A DNA stretch of 64,000 nucleotides from contig OY759724.1 of the NCBI GenBank assembly GCA_963662715.1, positions 2,714,662 to 2,778,661 of the forward strand. The letters run 5' to 3'. Both the position numbers and the translations under genes were made by a program. Of this stretch, positions 18,301 through 26,612 are shown piece by piece. Within the stretch, counting starts at the first letter, position 1. Every line of letters starts with the position of its first letter. This DNA comes from Candidatus Omnitrophota bacterium (GTDB taxonomy: Bacteria; Omnitrophota; Gorgyraeia; Zapsychrales; JANLHA01). The notes beneath the pieces were generated by a model. It ran no database searches. It had not been told where the DNA came from and saw only the letters and a program-made list of their open reading frames with translations.

Positions 18301-18756
18301 ATGTCTAGAAAGATAGGGTTTCTACTATTAAGTGTAGTTTTTCTGAATATGATTATCAACCCTGTGTTTGCAGATGGAAACGCAGTCGTCCTGTCTGATG
18401 AAGAGTTGGATCAAGTATATGCGCAGGGATTTAATTTTAATTTTGATGAGTTTCTGGGAAATCTGGACAGCATTCTTTCTTCTCCTGACCTAAAAGTTGA
18501 TTTAGATTTAGCCAAGGGTGGAACCGTGACTTTTACCGGTGATTCCGGAGTAGAGCAGCAGATATTTGCTACAGAAACCGGTGATATCAATTATATCAAT
18601 TTGCAAGATTATGCCCAGCAATTTGCCAATAGTCTGATCAATGTGAATGCCGCAGGAAGCAATGTCCTGGTCGGGTTAAATTTGACCGTCCTCGTCAATT
18701 CGGTTGTGAACGGGGACATCAAAAGTTATAATTTCAATAACAACAGTTCCAGGTAA
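18301..18756 (+). CDS. Small secreted paralog of the 15882 protein (candidate nucleator or minor subunit)
   Basis: Signal peptide; shares N-terminal LSDEELDQV motif and C-terminal N/V/A/G-rich repeat (NSLINVNAAGSNVLVGLNLTVLVNSVVNGD) with the large repeat protein. Confidence 0.55.
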   Translation: MSRKIGFLLLSVVFLNMIINPVFADGNAVVLSDEELDQVYAQGFNFNFDEFLGNLDSILSSPDLKVDLDLAKGGTVTFTGDSGVEQQIFATETGDINYINLQDYAQQFANSLINVNAAGSNVLVGLNLTVLVNSVVNGDIKSYNFNNNSSR

Positions 18757-18815
18757 AGAAGCTTTTTATACATAATCATTGCGCCCTCCTTTTCTTTCAT
18801 TTAATATATATCATT

Positions 18816-19499
18816 ATGAATAATAAAATTTTTATAATTTTAAGTGTTTTTTACCTTTTTGTTGCTCCCGGCCATGCGGCTAGCATTTCGGTGGGGGGCG
18901 TCAGTATAAACAAAAAGGTCAAAAATTTAAAAGAGCTTCGTCAGGAAAATGTTGTCACGCAAAGCCTTGATTATAGTTGCGGGGCCGCGGGTTTGTCGAC
19001 CCTTTTGAATTATTATTTGAATGATCCTACCCCTGAAATCGTTATCATCGATGCCCTGCTCAAAACCATCCCTTTGCAAAAAGTGCAAGCACGCCAGGGA
19101 TTCTCTTTATTCGATTTAAAGAAATTCGCGGAATCCAGAGGATACCAGGTAACCGGGTATAAGATGGACTTCGAATTTTTAAAATCCATAGGCAAACCGC
19201 TTCTTGTCCCGATAAAATTCAAGAATTACCGGCATTTTGTCGTGGTTAAAGGTGTTGTCGGTGACAGGGTTTTTATCGCCGATCCGGCCGTAGGGAATAT
19301 GACAATGAAAGATGAAAAGTTCAAAGCCATTTGGACCAACGGCATCGGCTTTGTGGTTGAGCATCCGGAAGGCTCAAGGAACGAAGATTATGCTTTGCGT
19401 ATTGAAAATGAAGATGTCCGTATGGCGAATTATCAATCCTTGAAGCGTCTCACCAGTCCTGCCTGGGTCCGGACAGCAATATTTACAAACGAATGGTGA
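18816..19499 (+). CDS. Stand-alone periplasmic C39-family (bacteriocin-processing-type) cysteine peptidase, FapD-like
   Basis: Sec signal peptide; QSLDYSCGAAGLSTLLNYY matches the C39 catalytic Cys context; ~227 aa with no ABC transporter fusion. Confidence 0.7.
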   Translation: MNNKIFIILSVFYLFVAPGHAASISVGGVSINKKVKNLKELRQENVVTQSLDYSCGAAGLSTLLNYYLNDPTPEIVIIDALLKTIPLQKVQARQGFSLFDLKKFAESRGYQVTGYKMDFEFLKSIGKPLLVPIKFKNYRHFVVVKGVVGDRVFIADPAVGNMTMKDEKFKAIWTNGIGFVVEHPEGSRNEDYALRIENEDVRMANYQSLKRLTSPAWVRTAIFTNEW

Positions 19500-19505
19500 T
19501 CTTTT

Positions 19506-20966
19506 ATGCGTTTTAACCGAATATTATCAACAATATTGGTAGTGCTTTTCGTATGCTTTTTTGGGGTCTTCGTGTCCCGGTCGCGCCTTAGATATCCGGA
19601 AATTGATTTGACCGCTATTAAAAGGCAGTTAAGGGAGGAGATTAAAGACGAATTGCGCGCCGAACTGCTGCTTGAAATGGGAGATGTCATAACCCGGGAA
19701 GTTCAAAAAGAGGTTCATCTTTATCTTGCGCAGATACACAAGCAAAAGGCTGATACAGAAAAGTATAGCCATTTGCAGCCCTCTGCTTCCTATGATGATG
19801 CTCTTGCCCGCAATTCCCTGACCCAGCAAGAGGAAAGAGAAACGATTCGGGAGGCTATCCAGCGGACGGTACGTGACGTCGTTCAGGAATACAATGCACA
19901 GCTTTCTGATGAGGAATTAGCCGCAACCGTAGCCAGCGGCGGACTTGATCCTGCGGTGACTCTTCCGGGCAGTTTGTCAAAAACCGTACAGGATGACCCT
20001 GTCCTGTTAGCGGCGGCCGAGGCATCCGCGGGGAGCCAAAAGCAGACATCCTCTTCTCAGCCGGTTCCCGTGAATTCAAAAGACGCGACAGCCGGTTCCA
20101 ATTCCGGTAAAGTTGATTCTATTGAAAGGACATTGGTCCAAAAGGGAAGCATCCTCTTGCCTAAGGGGAGATTGCAGTTTGAACCCAGCCTGACCTATGC
20201 GCATTCCTCTTCCAACCGGCTATACATCGACGGCTTTAGTATCCTTCCGGTCCTTGTGGTCGGCGATATCTCTACAGAAAAAGTGCAGCGGGACGTTTTC
20301 ATTAATACCTGGACATTCAAATACGGTTTAAGGCACAACCTGCAGACAGAAGTCAGGGTTCCTGTCCGGTTTGAATATGACCGCATTACGAACACCGACA
20401 GCACAACGTTTGACCAGACGGATAATAAAGGCGGCCTGGGCGATATCCAGGTTTCTGTGAGCCGCCAGATCGGGTGGGAACACGGTCTCATCCCGGATTT
20501 GGTCGCGAATCTATCGGTGAAGTCCAATACCGGGGATGAACCTTACAATACGGATATTGCCTTGGGAACCGGGCACTGGGCTGTCAGCGGGGCTCTGGTT
20601 GCGGCCAAGGCCAGCGATCCTGCTGTTATTTTTGGCAGTTTGAATTATACGTATAATATCCCCCGCAGCGATATCGAAAACTACGGAAAAATAGACCCGG
20701 GAGACTCGATAGGTTACAGTTTGGGAACCGCCATCGCGTTGAGTTATCAAACAGCCATCAATTTTTCATTTGATCATTCTATTACCGATAAAATGGTCAG
20801 GAACGGCCAAAAGGTCCCCGGCTCTTTCCTGAATGCCGCTAATTTCAAGACCGGTTTTAACTGGGCTTTGAATGAACGGGCTTCCGTGGATTGTTCTCTC
20901 AGCTTTGGCTTGACTCAGGATTCTCCTGATTTCACATTTGAACTCCGTTTCCCGTATAATTTCTGA
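19506..20966 (+). CDS. Outer-membrane beta-barrel protein with N-terminal coiled-coil domain (FapF-like architecture)
   Basis: Signal peptide; ~100-aa E/K/R/L-rich predicted coiled coil; Ser/Ala/Gln-rich linker; C-terminal alternating beta pattern ending FELRFPYNF; starts 7 nt after the C39 gene stop. Confidence 0.5.
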   Translation: MRFNRILSTILVVLFVCFFGVFVSRSRLRYPEIDLTAIKRQLREEIKDELRAELLLEMGDVITREVQKEVHLYLAQIHKQKADTEKYSHLQPSASYDDALARNSLTQQEERETIREAIQRTVRDVVQEYNAQLSDEELAATVASGGLDPAVTLPGSLSKTVQDDPVLLAAAEASAGSQKQTSSSQPVPVNSKDATAGSNSGKVDSIERTLVQKGSILLPKGRLQFEPSLTYAHSSSNRLYIDGFSILPVLVVGDISTEKVQRDVFINTWTFKYGLRHNLQTEVRVPVRFEYDRITNTDSTTFDQTDNKGGLGDIQVSVSRQIGWEHGLIPDLVANLSVKSNTGDEPYNTDIALGTGHWAVSGALVAAKASDPAVIFGSLNYTYNIPRSDIENYGKIDPGDSIGYSLGTAIALSYQTAINFSFDHSITDKMVRNGQKVPGSFLNAANFKTGFNWALNERASVDCSLSFGLTQDSPDFTFELRFPYNF

Positions 20967-21102
20967 TCCCCTCTTGGGACATCTTCCCCTCTTATAAGAT
21001 ATATTGTCGTTGTGCCAGGAAAGATTATTATGATTGCCAAAAGACAAAGCCGCATGCTATGATAAAAACTCTTTTGAAATTATTTTATTTTGAAAAGTAC
21101 TC

Positions 21103-21498
21103 ATGAACAGAAAGTTTTGCGCATTCTCGTTGATTCTTCTGAGCCTTGGCCTTGTATCGATCGTGAACATTGGTCAAGGGGCGGATTTAACGCGGCCTAA
21201 GGGCCAGCAGGAGAAGGAATGCCGTGTCCAGAATTGTCACGGGCTCGAAATCCAATGCGGTTTCAGTGAACCCAAAGTGTGTACCGAGATGTATCAGTTG
21301 GGTGATTTTTGCCGCGCCTTTGCTGAATGTCGTTTTATAAAAGGTGAGTGTCAGTTTGTGAACAATGATCTTTTCCAGGGATGCAAAGACTGCGTTTTGG
21401 ATTGCGAACGCAATAAAGATGAGATCAATCCGTTTATTTGTGAGGTCAAATGCCGGAAGGAATTTGAGCCGTATATTTATGGAAAACCCCTTAATTGA
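21103..21498 (+). CDS. Small secreted cysteine-rich protein (14 Cys in ~105 mature residues)
   Basis: Signal peptide MNRKFCAFSLILLSLGLVSIVNIGQG; Cys spacing consistent with multiple disulfides. Confidence 0.45.
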   Translation: MNRKFCAFSLILLSLGLVSIVNIGQGADLTRPKGQQEKECRVQNCHGLEIQCGFSEPKVCTEMYQLGDFCRAFAECRFIKGECQFVNNDLFQGCKDCVLDCERNKDEINPFICEVKCRKEFEPYIYGKPLN

Positions 21499-21685
21499 AT
21501 ATCTGTCTTTCGCACAACGCATACTCGTATTAACAGGGGCCGGTATTTCCACGGAAAGCGGTATCAGTGACTACCGAAGCCTTGGCGGATTATGGGATAG
21601 ATTTCAGCCTGTCACCTTTCAGGAATTTTTTTCCCCTGTCAGCTATGAAAAAGAAAAAAATACTCGTCAAAGCCGTCCTTTTTGA
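21479..21685 (+). pseudogene. Truncated sirtuin (Sir2/CobB) N-terminal fragment
   Basis: LVLTGAGISTESGISDYRSLGGLWDRFQPVTFQEFFS matches the sirtuin NAD-binding N-terminus (GAGIS..SGIP.FR); ORF stops after ~68 aa; overlaps neighbouring genes at both ends. Confidence 0.55.
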
Positions 21686-22313
21686 TATGGACGGTGTCAT
21701 CACAAACACCATGCCCGATCATTACCGCGCCTGGCGTTCGGTTCTGCGCGAGGAGGTCGGTATTGAAGTTTCTCACGAAGAGATATACAGACGGGAGGGG
21801 CAGAAGGGCATTGCCAGCGTGCAGGAACTTTTTGCCGAGCATAAGAAGTTTTATCTTCCGGAAACCGGAAAAGCTATCTTGCGGAAGAAAGAGGAGCTGT
21901 TTAAAAAGATTGTTAAAACGCGTTTCATTCAGGGAGCGAGACGTTTTCTTTCTTCCCTGCAGCGGCTGGGCCTTGAAATGGCGTTAGTGACAGGCACTTC
22001 GACGCATGAGATGCATCGTATCCTTCCGGACGCGATCTACCGGCGTTTTTCTGTCGTGGTGACAGGGAACCATGTCACGGAAGGCAAGCCGTCCCCGGAA
22101 CCCTATGCCCTGGCTTTAAAAAAACTGGGAATGAAACCCCGGGATGCTGTTGTTATTGAGAATGCCCCTTTTGGCGTCCGTTCGGCCAAATCCGCGGGGA
22201 TAAAATGTTTCGCAATTGCAACTTCTCTTCCGGCGTGTTATCTTAATGAGGCTGACGAGATATTTTCTTCGTTCCGCGACCTGAATCAAAAAATCGAATT
22301 TGCCTTGGTTTAG
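21645..22313 (+). CDS. HAD-superfamily hydrolase (subfamily IA, beta-phosphoglucomutase-like)
   Basis: Motif I VLFDMDGVITNT; ATG at 21645 (MKKKKIL) preferred over the upstream start. Confidence 0.8.
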   Translation: MKKKKILVKAVLFDMDGVITNTMPDHYRAWRSVLREEVGIEVSHEEIYRREGQKGIASVQELFAEHKKFYLPETGKAILRKKEELFKKIVKTRFIQGARRFLSSLQRLGLEMALVTGTSTHEMHRILPDAIYRRFSVVVTGNHVTEGKPSPEPYALALKKLGMKPRDAVVIENAPFGVRSAKSAGIKCFAIATSLPACYLNEADEIFSSFRDLNQKIEFALV

Positions 22314-22414
22314 GAACCGGGCGAATCAAAGCACCATTCGTTTCGTGTCCGTATAGGTCCCCTAACCCGTGTTTGTCCGGGGATGTTATTTTTTAAATCA
22401 TCCGGCATTTTTTT

Positions 22415-23278
22415 ATGAAGATCAAAAAAATACTGCTTTTGTACAAAAAGAGCACTTATAAACATTATTGTCAGAGGTATTCTGCCGATTCCCGGCAGAT
22501 GAAGACGAATTCCCGTTTTATCCGCAGATTTAAGAGGACTCATGATGAACATTATAAAAATTTGTCTGTCATCCAGCATGTTTTAAAAACGAAGAAGTTC
22601 AACTACGATTCTGTCGCGCGCGGGTCACCCTGCGATTATGCGTTATATGACTTGATTATCACTGTCGGGGGAGACGGCACTTTCCTGGAAGGGGCCCGTT
22701 TCGCTGCTCAGCAGCCTGTCCTGGGGGTGAATTCTGACCCGCAATGGAGTGTGGGGCGTTTTTGTTCGTCGACCACGCAGTCTTTCCCCCGTATTCTGGA
22801 GAAAGTTTGTGCAGGTCAGGCGAAAATATTATTGTTGAACCGGATGAAGGTGAGCCGGAACGGTTCGCAGGAATCGGTTTTGGCCTTAAATGATATCCTT
22901 ATCTGCCATAAGAATCCGGCGGCGATGAGCCGTTATATCATAAAAGTCTCCGGCAAACAAGAAGAACAGAGCAGTTCCGGAATATGGGTTGCAACCGCTG
23001 CCGGCTCGACCGGCGCCATATATTCCGCGGGAGGGGATAGGCTGCCTTTGACGAGCCGGATGCTGCAGTTCCGGGTTCGGGAGCTATACCGGGGATGCGG
23101 CAAAACACATTGTTTTCATGCCGGATTGATTAACCCAAGACAATCCTTGCAGGTGACTTCCCTGATGAAAGAAGGCATGATTTATATCGATGGGTCTCAT
23201 GTAAAACAGGATTTCAGTTTCGGTGCACATATAAAAATCCGGTCTGCCAGTGATGCCTTAAGGTTTATCACGGTCTGA
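22415..23278 (+). CDS. nadK: NAD+ kinase
   Basis: GGDGT motif in DLIITVGGDGTFL; NDILI conserved segment; length 287 aa. Confidence 0.85.
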   Translation: MKIKKILLLYKKSTYKHYCQRYSADSRQMKTNSRFIRRFKRTHDEHYKNLSVIQHVLKTKKFNYDSVARGSPCDYALYDLIITVGGDGTFLEGARFAAQQPVLGVNSDPQWSVGRFCSSTTQSFPRILEKVCAGQAKILLLNRMKVSRNGSQESVLALNDILICHKNPAAMSRYIIKVSGKQEEQSSSGIWVATAAGSTGAIYSAGGDRLPLTSRMLQFRVRELYRGCGKTHCFHAGLINPRQSLQVTSLMKEGMIYIDGSHVKQDFSFGAHIKIRSASDALRFITV

Positions 23279-23366
23279 CTTGCCTTTTTGTCTTTTTCTT
23301 TCTTCCCCTGTTTTAGCCATATCATAACAATATCTTTCGTATGGATAAGACAATAAGATCTAAAAT

Positions 23367-24416
23367 ATGAATGATTCCGTGTTTAGAGAAAAACTGCTTT
23401 TGTGGTATAAAAAAAATGCCAGAAAATTGCCCTGGAGGCGTACGCGAGATCCTTATAAGATATGGATCTCTGAAGTCATGCTCCAGCAAACTACGGTCAA
23501 AGCCGTTATCCCTTACTATCAGAGTTGGATTAAGCAATTTCCGGATATCCATTCTGTCTCCCGGGCTTCTTCTGAAACGGTCCTTAAAGCCTGGCAGGGA
23601 CTGGGGTATTACCAGAGAGTGCGGAATATTCATAAATCAGCCAGGATGATTTGCGAGCGCTACAACGGAAGAATCCCGGCGGATAAGGAGATTTTGCGCC
23701 GGCTTCCGGGGTTTGGGCCTTATACGACAGGAGCCGTGCTCAGCATGGCTTTTGATCAGCCCGAGGTCATTATTGATGCCAACATTCGCAGAGTATTGAT
23801 GCGGGTTCTTGATATCACAGGTTATGCTGACTCAAAACATGATCCCCGGATTTTAAAAGTATTAAAAAAGATTCTTCCGTTAAAGGCGTCCGGCTGTTTT
23901 AATCAGGCTTTAATGGAGCTCGGGGCCGTAATATGCCGCAGTTCCTGTCCTTTATGTCTGCCGTGCCCGGTCAGCAGGGAATGCAGGGCTTACCGGAAAG
24001 GGACCCAGGAAATAATCCCTCAGCCGAAAACCAAGACTTTGATCCGGCAGCATGCCGTTGTCGCTCTAATCAAACATCGGAAAAAATATTTTATCCAGAA
24101 ACGTCCTTCGAAGGGGCTGTTGGCGGATTTATGGGAATTCCCCGGAGGCAAGATCGAACCAGGGGAAACAAGCCGGCAGGCCTTAGTCAGGGAGGTCCGG
24201 GAAGAACTGAAAGTTGAAATTGAGAAGGCGCGGCATATGATGAACCTTACGCACTATTACACATGTTACAAGGTCCATTTGTCGGTATGGCTGTGTTCAG
24301 CCTGTCCGCTCCCCGGCGAAGACCGGACGCATCGTTGGGTCAGGCAAAAAGAACTTTCGGATTATGCGATGCCTTCCGGAAGCGCAAAAATAGTCGAAAG
24401 GATAAAAGTTTTGTAA
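23367..24416 (+). CDS. mutY: A/G-specific adenine DNA glycosylase with C-terminal NUDIX-like domain
   Basis: HhH-GPD N-terminal LPWRRTRDPYKIWISEVMLQQT; 4Fe-4S Cys cluster CRSSCPLCLPCPVSRECRA; NUDIX-like LWEFPGGKIEPGE...REVREEL. Confidence 0.85.
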   Translation: MNDSVFREKLLLWYKKNARKLPWRRTRDPYKIWISEVMLQQTTVKAVIPYYQSWIKQFPDIHSVSRASSETVLKAWQGLGYYQRVRNIHKSARMICERYNGRIPADKEILRRLPGFGPYTTGAVLSMAFDQPEVIIDANIRRVLMRVLDITGYADSKHDPRILKVLKKILPLKASGCFNQALMELGAVICRSSCPLCLPCPVSRECRAYRKGTQEIIPQPKTKTLIRQHAVVALIKHRKKYFIQKRPSKGLLADLWEFPGGKIEPGETSRQALVREVREELKVEIEKARHMMNLTHYYTCYKVHLSVWLCSACPLPGEDRTHRWVRQKELSDYAMPSGSAKIVERIKVL

Positions 24417-24514
24417 AATTGTGGTAAAGAGATTAATCTTATAATATCATTGCATTAAATATCTAATAAAAGATATAATCGTATAAATATATTGTTATAA
24501 TTAAGGAGAATCAT

Positions 24515-25300
24515 GTGCGAATATTGGTTACGAATGACGATGGGATTTATGCCGAGGGATTATATGCTTTGGTTTCGGAAATAAAAAAAATCGGCACGGT
24601 TACCGTTGTCGCTCCCGACAGCGAACGCAGTTCCGTCGGGCACGGGATTACGTTGGCTCATCCGATTTGGTACAAGAAAGTCGTCCGTAAAGGACGTTTT
24701 TTTGGCTATGGCATCAGCGGCACACCGGCGGATTGCGTCAAGTTCGCTATTAAAATCCTGCTGAAAGACAAGCCGGACCTGATCATTTCCGGCATAAATC
24801 TTGGCAGTAATGATGGTTGCAGCGTATTTTATTCCGGGACGGTCGCCGGTGCGCGCGAAGGGGCTTTGAACGGCATTCCTTCTCTTGCGGTCTCTCTGGA
24901 TACGTTTGTCAGGCCTGATTATAAACTGGCGGCTAAAATCGCCCGGCTGGTTTCAAAAATGATTTCTCAGGAAGGGCTGCCTCAAGGAACATTTTTGAAT
25001 ATTAATGTGCCGAATCAGCCCTTGCGGCATATCAGGGGGATCAAACTTGCTCAGCAGTGCACGCGTCCCATTGAGGGGATATTCCAAAAACGGCAGGATC
25101 CCCAGCTCCGGACATATTACTGGATGAGCGGGAAAGCCCCTCGCACGAAAGGGTCTCAAAATAATGATACAAAAGCCCTAAAAGAAAAATACGTCACGAT
25201 TTCACCTGTTCATTGTGATTTGACGGATTATCATTTTCTTCAGGAGATGAAAAACTGGAATGTCGACGGGATATCAAAAAGGTTGTTGAAGAAATCATAA
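24515..25300 (+). CDS. surE: 5'/3'-nucleotidase SurE (GTG start)
   Basis: MRILVTNDDGIYAEGL...APDSERSSVGHGITL signature. Confidence 0.85.
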   Translation: MRILVTNDDGIYAEGLYALVSEIKKIGTVTVVAPDSERSSVGHGITLAHPIWYKKVVRKGRFFGYGISGTPADCVKFAIKILLKDKPDLIISGINLGSNDGCSVFYSGTVAGAREGALNGIPSLAVSLDTFVRPDYKLAAKIARLVSKMISQEGLPQGTFLNINVPNQPLRHIRGIKLAQQCTRPIEGIFQKRQDPQLRTYYWMSGKAPRTKGSQNNDTKALKEKYVTISPVHCDLTDYHFLQEMKNWNVDGISKRLLKKS

Positions 25301-25328
25301 CTGTTAAAAAATGAAATAGAGGTTAAGA

Positions 25329-26396
25329 ATGTTGCCTAAGAATCAGACCGCGCATACGCGTATTCTTATCGTTGATGATCAGAAACTGCATGGATTGTAC
25401 TTGAAGAAAGTTTTGGCAGAAGAGGGGTTCGAAAATGTCGAATATTCTAATGATCCCCTTAAAGTCCTTCAGCTTGTCCGTGATTTTCACCCGGAGATTA
25501 TCGTGCTGGACCTTTTTATGCCGCACCTGGACGGTTTTCAGATCATGGAGCAGTTAGCGGAATTCCGGAAAGATCATTATTTGCCTGTTTTAGCTTTGTC
25601 CTCTGAGAAAAGTTCTGATGTGCGGCTGCGGGCCCTACAGTCGGGCGCGACGGATTTCCTGAATAAACCCTACGAAAACATGGAAATCATTTTCCGTATC
25701 AGAAACATGATCGAAATGCGTACTCTTCATATGGAAGTTAAAAACCAGAATAAGATCCTGGAAAGTAAAGTGCAGGATAGAACCAAGGAACTGAGAGATA
25801 CGCAGTTAGACATTATCCGCCGCTTGGCGCAGGCGGCGGAATTCCGTGATAGTGACACGGGGATGCATATTATCCGTATGAGTCAGTATTGTCAGAAATT
25901 CGGTGTCGCCATGGGGATGAGCCTGCCCGAATGCGATTTGTTGCTGCACGCGAGTCCTCTGCATGACATAGGAAAGATCGGGATCCCCGATGCGATCCTG
26001 CTTAAGCCCGGCCGCTTGACGGAAGAGGAATATGAAATAATGAAAACGCATACGGTCATTGGAGCAAAACTGCTTGCCGGCAGCAATTCTCCCGTTATGA
26101 AAATGGCGCAAATCATTGCGATGACTCATCATGAAAAATGGGACGGCTCCGGCTATCCTAAACAGTTGAAAGGGGATGAAATCCCGCCCGAGGGACAGAT
26201 CGTCAGTATTTGCGATGTTTTTGATGCCTTGACATCCGATCGCCCCTACAAACAAGCCTGGACCAGTGATGTTGCCGTTGAAGAAATTGTCCGCATGAAA
26301 AGCAAGCATTTTTCTCCGATTATTGTTGATCGCTTCCTGGAAGTGCTTCCGCTTATTGAAGATATCCGGCAAAAGAACTCGGATGGAACAACTTAA
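25329..26396 (+). CDS. Response regulator with HD-GYP c-di-GMP phosphodiesterase domain
   Basis: Receiver domain (ILIVDDQ...VLDLFMPHLDG); HD motif HDIGKIGIP; HHEKWDGSGYP (HD-GYP). Confidence 0.85.
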   Translation: MLPKNQTAHTRILIVDDQKLHGLYLKKVLAEEGFENVEYSNDPLKVLQLVRDFHPEIIVLDLFMPHLDGFQIMEQLAEFRKDHYLPVLALSSEKSSDVRLRALQSGATDFLNKPYENMEIIFRIRNMIEMRTLHMEVKNQNKILESKVQDRTKELRDTQLDIIRRLAQAAEFRDSDTGMHIIRMSQYCQKFGVAMGMSLPECDLLLHASPLHDIGKIGIPDAILLKPGRLTEEEYEIMKTHTVIGAKLLAGSNSPVMKMAQIIAMTHHEKWDGSGYPKQLKGDEIPPEGQIVSICDVFDALTSDRPYKQAWTSDVAVEEIVRMKSKHFSPIIVDRFLEVLPLIEDIRQKNSDGTT

Positions 26397-26612
26397 ATTT
26401 ATAAGATCTGTGCTTTGTTTTCAGGAAAAGTGATGTTATAGTGAGGGATGAGTTTTTCGTATTGGGCCCTGTGAACAGACAAGGGGGACTCTTTAAGACT
26501 GTGAATCCTGTTTGCGCAGGGCGGGAAAAGGCCTCGCAGGAGATGTCCGGCGAGAACTTTTGTCAGGATTATGTGCGTCGAAGAGCCATGTGATTTATAA
26601 AACGGAGACAGC

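Noticed and set aside
21626-21650. Possible programmed or accidental frameshift at the T7C4 run linking the sirtuin fragment to the HAD gene
   Set aside because: The downstream frame encodes a complete HAD hydrolase with its own Met-Lys-rich start and motif I, not the remainder of a sirtuin; a frameshift would not restore a sirtuin.
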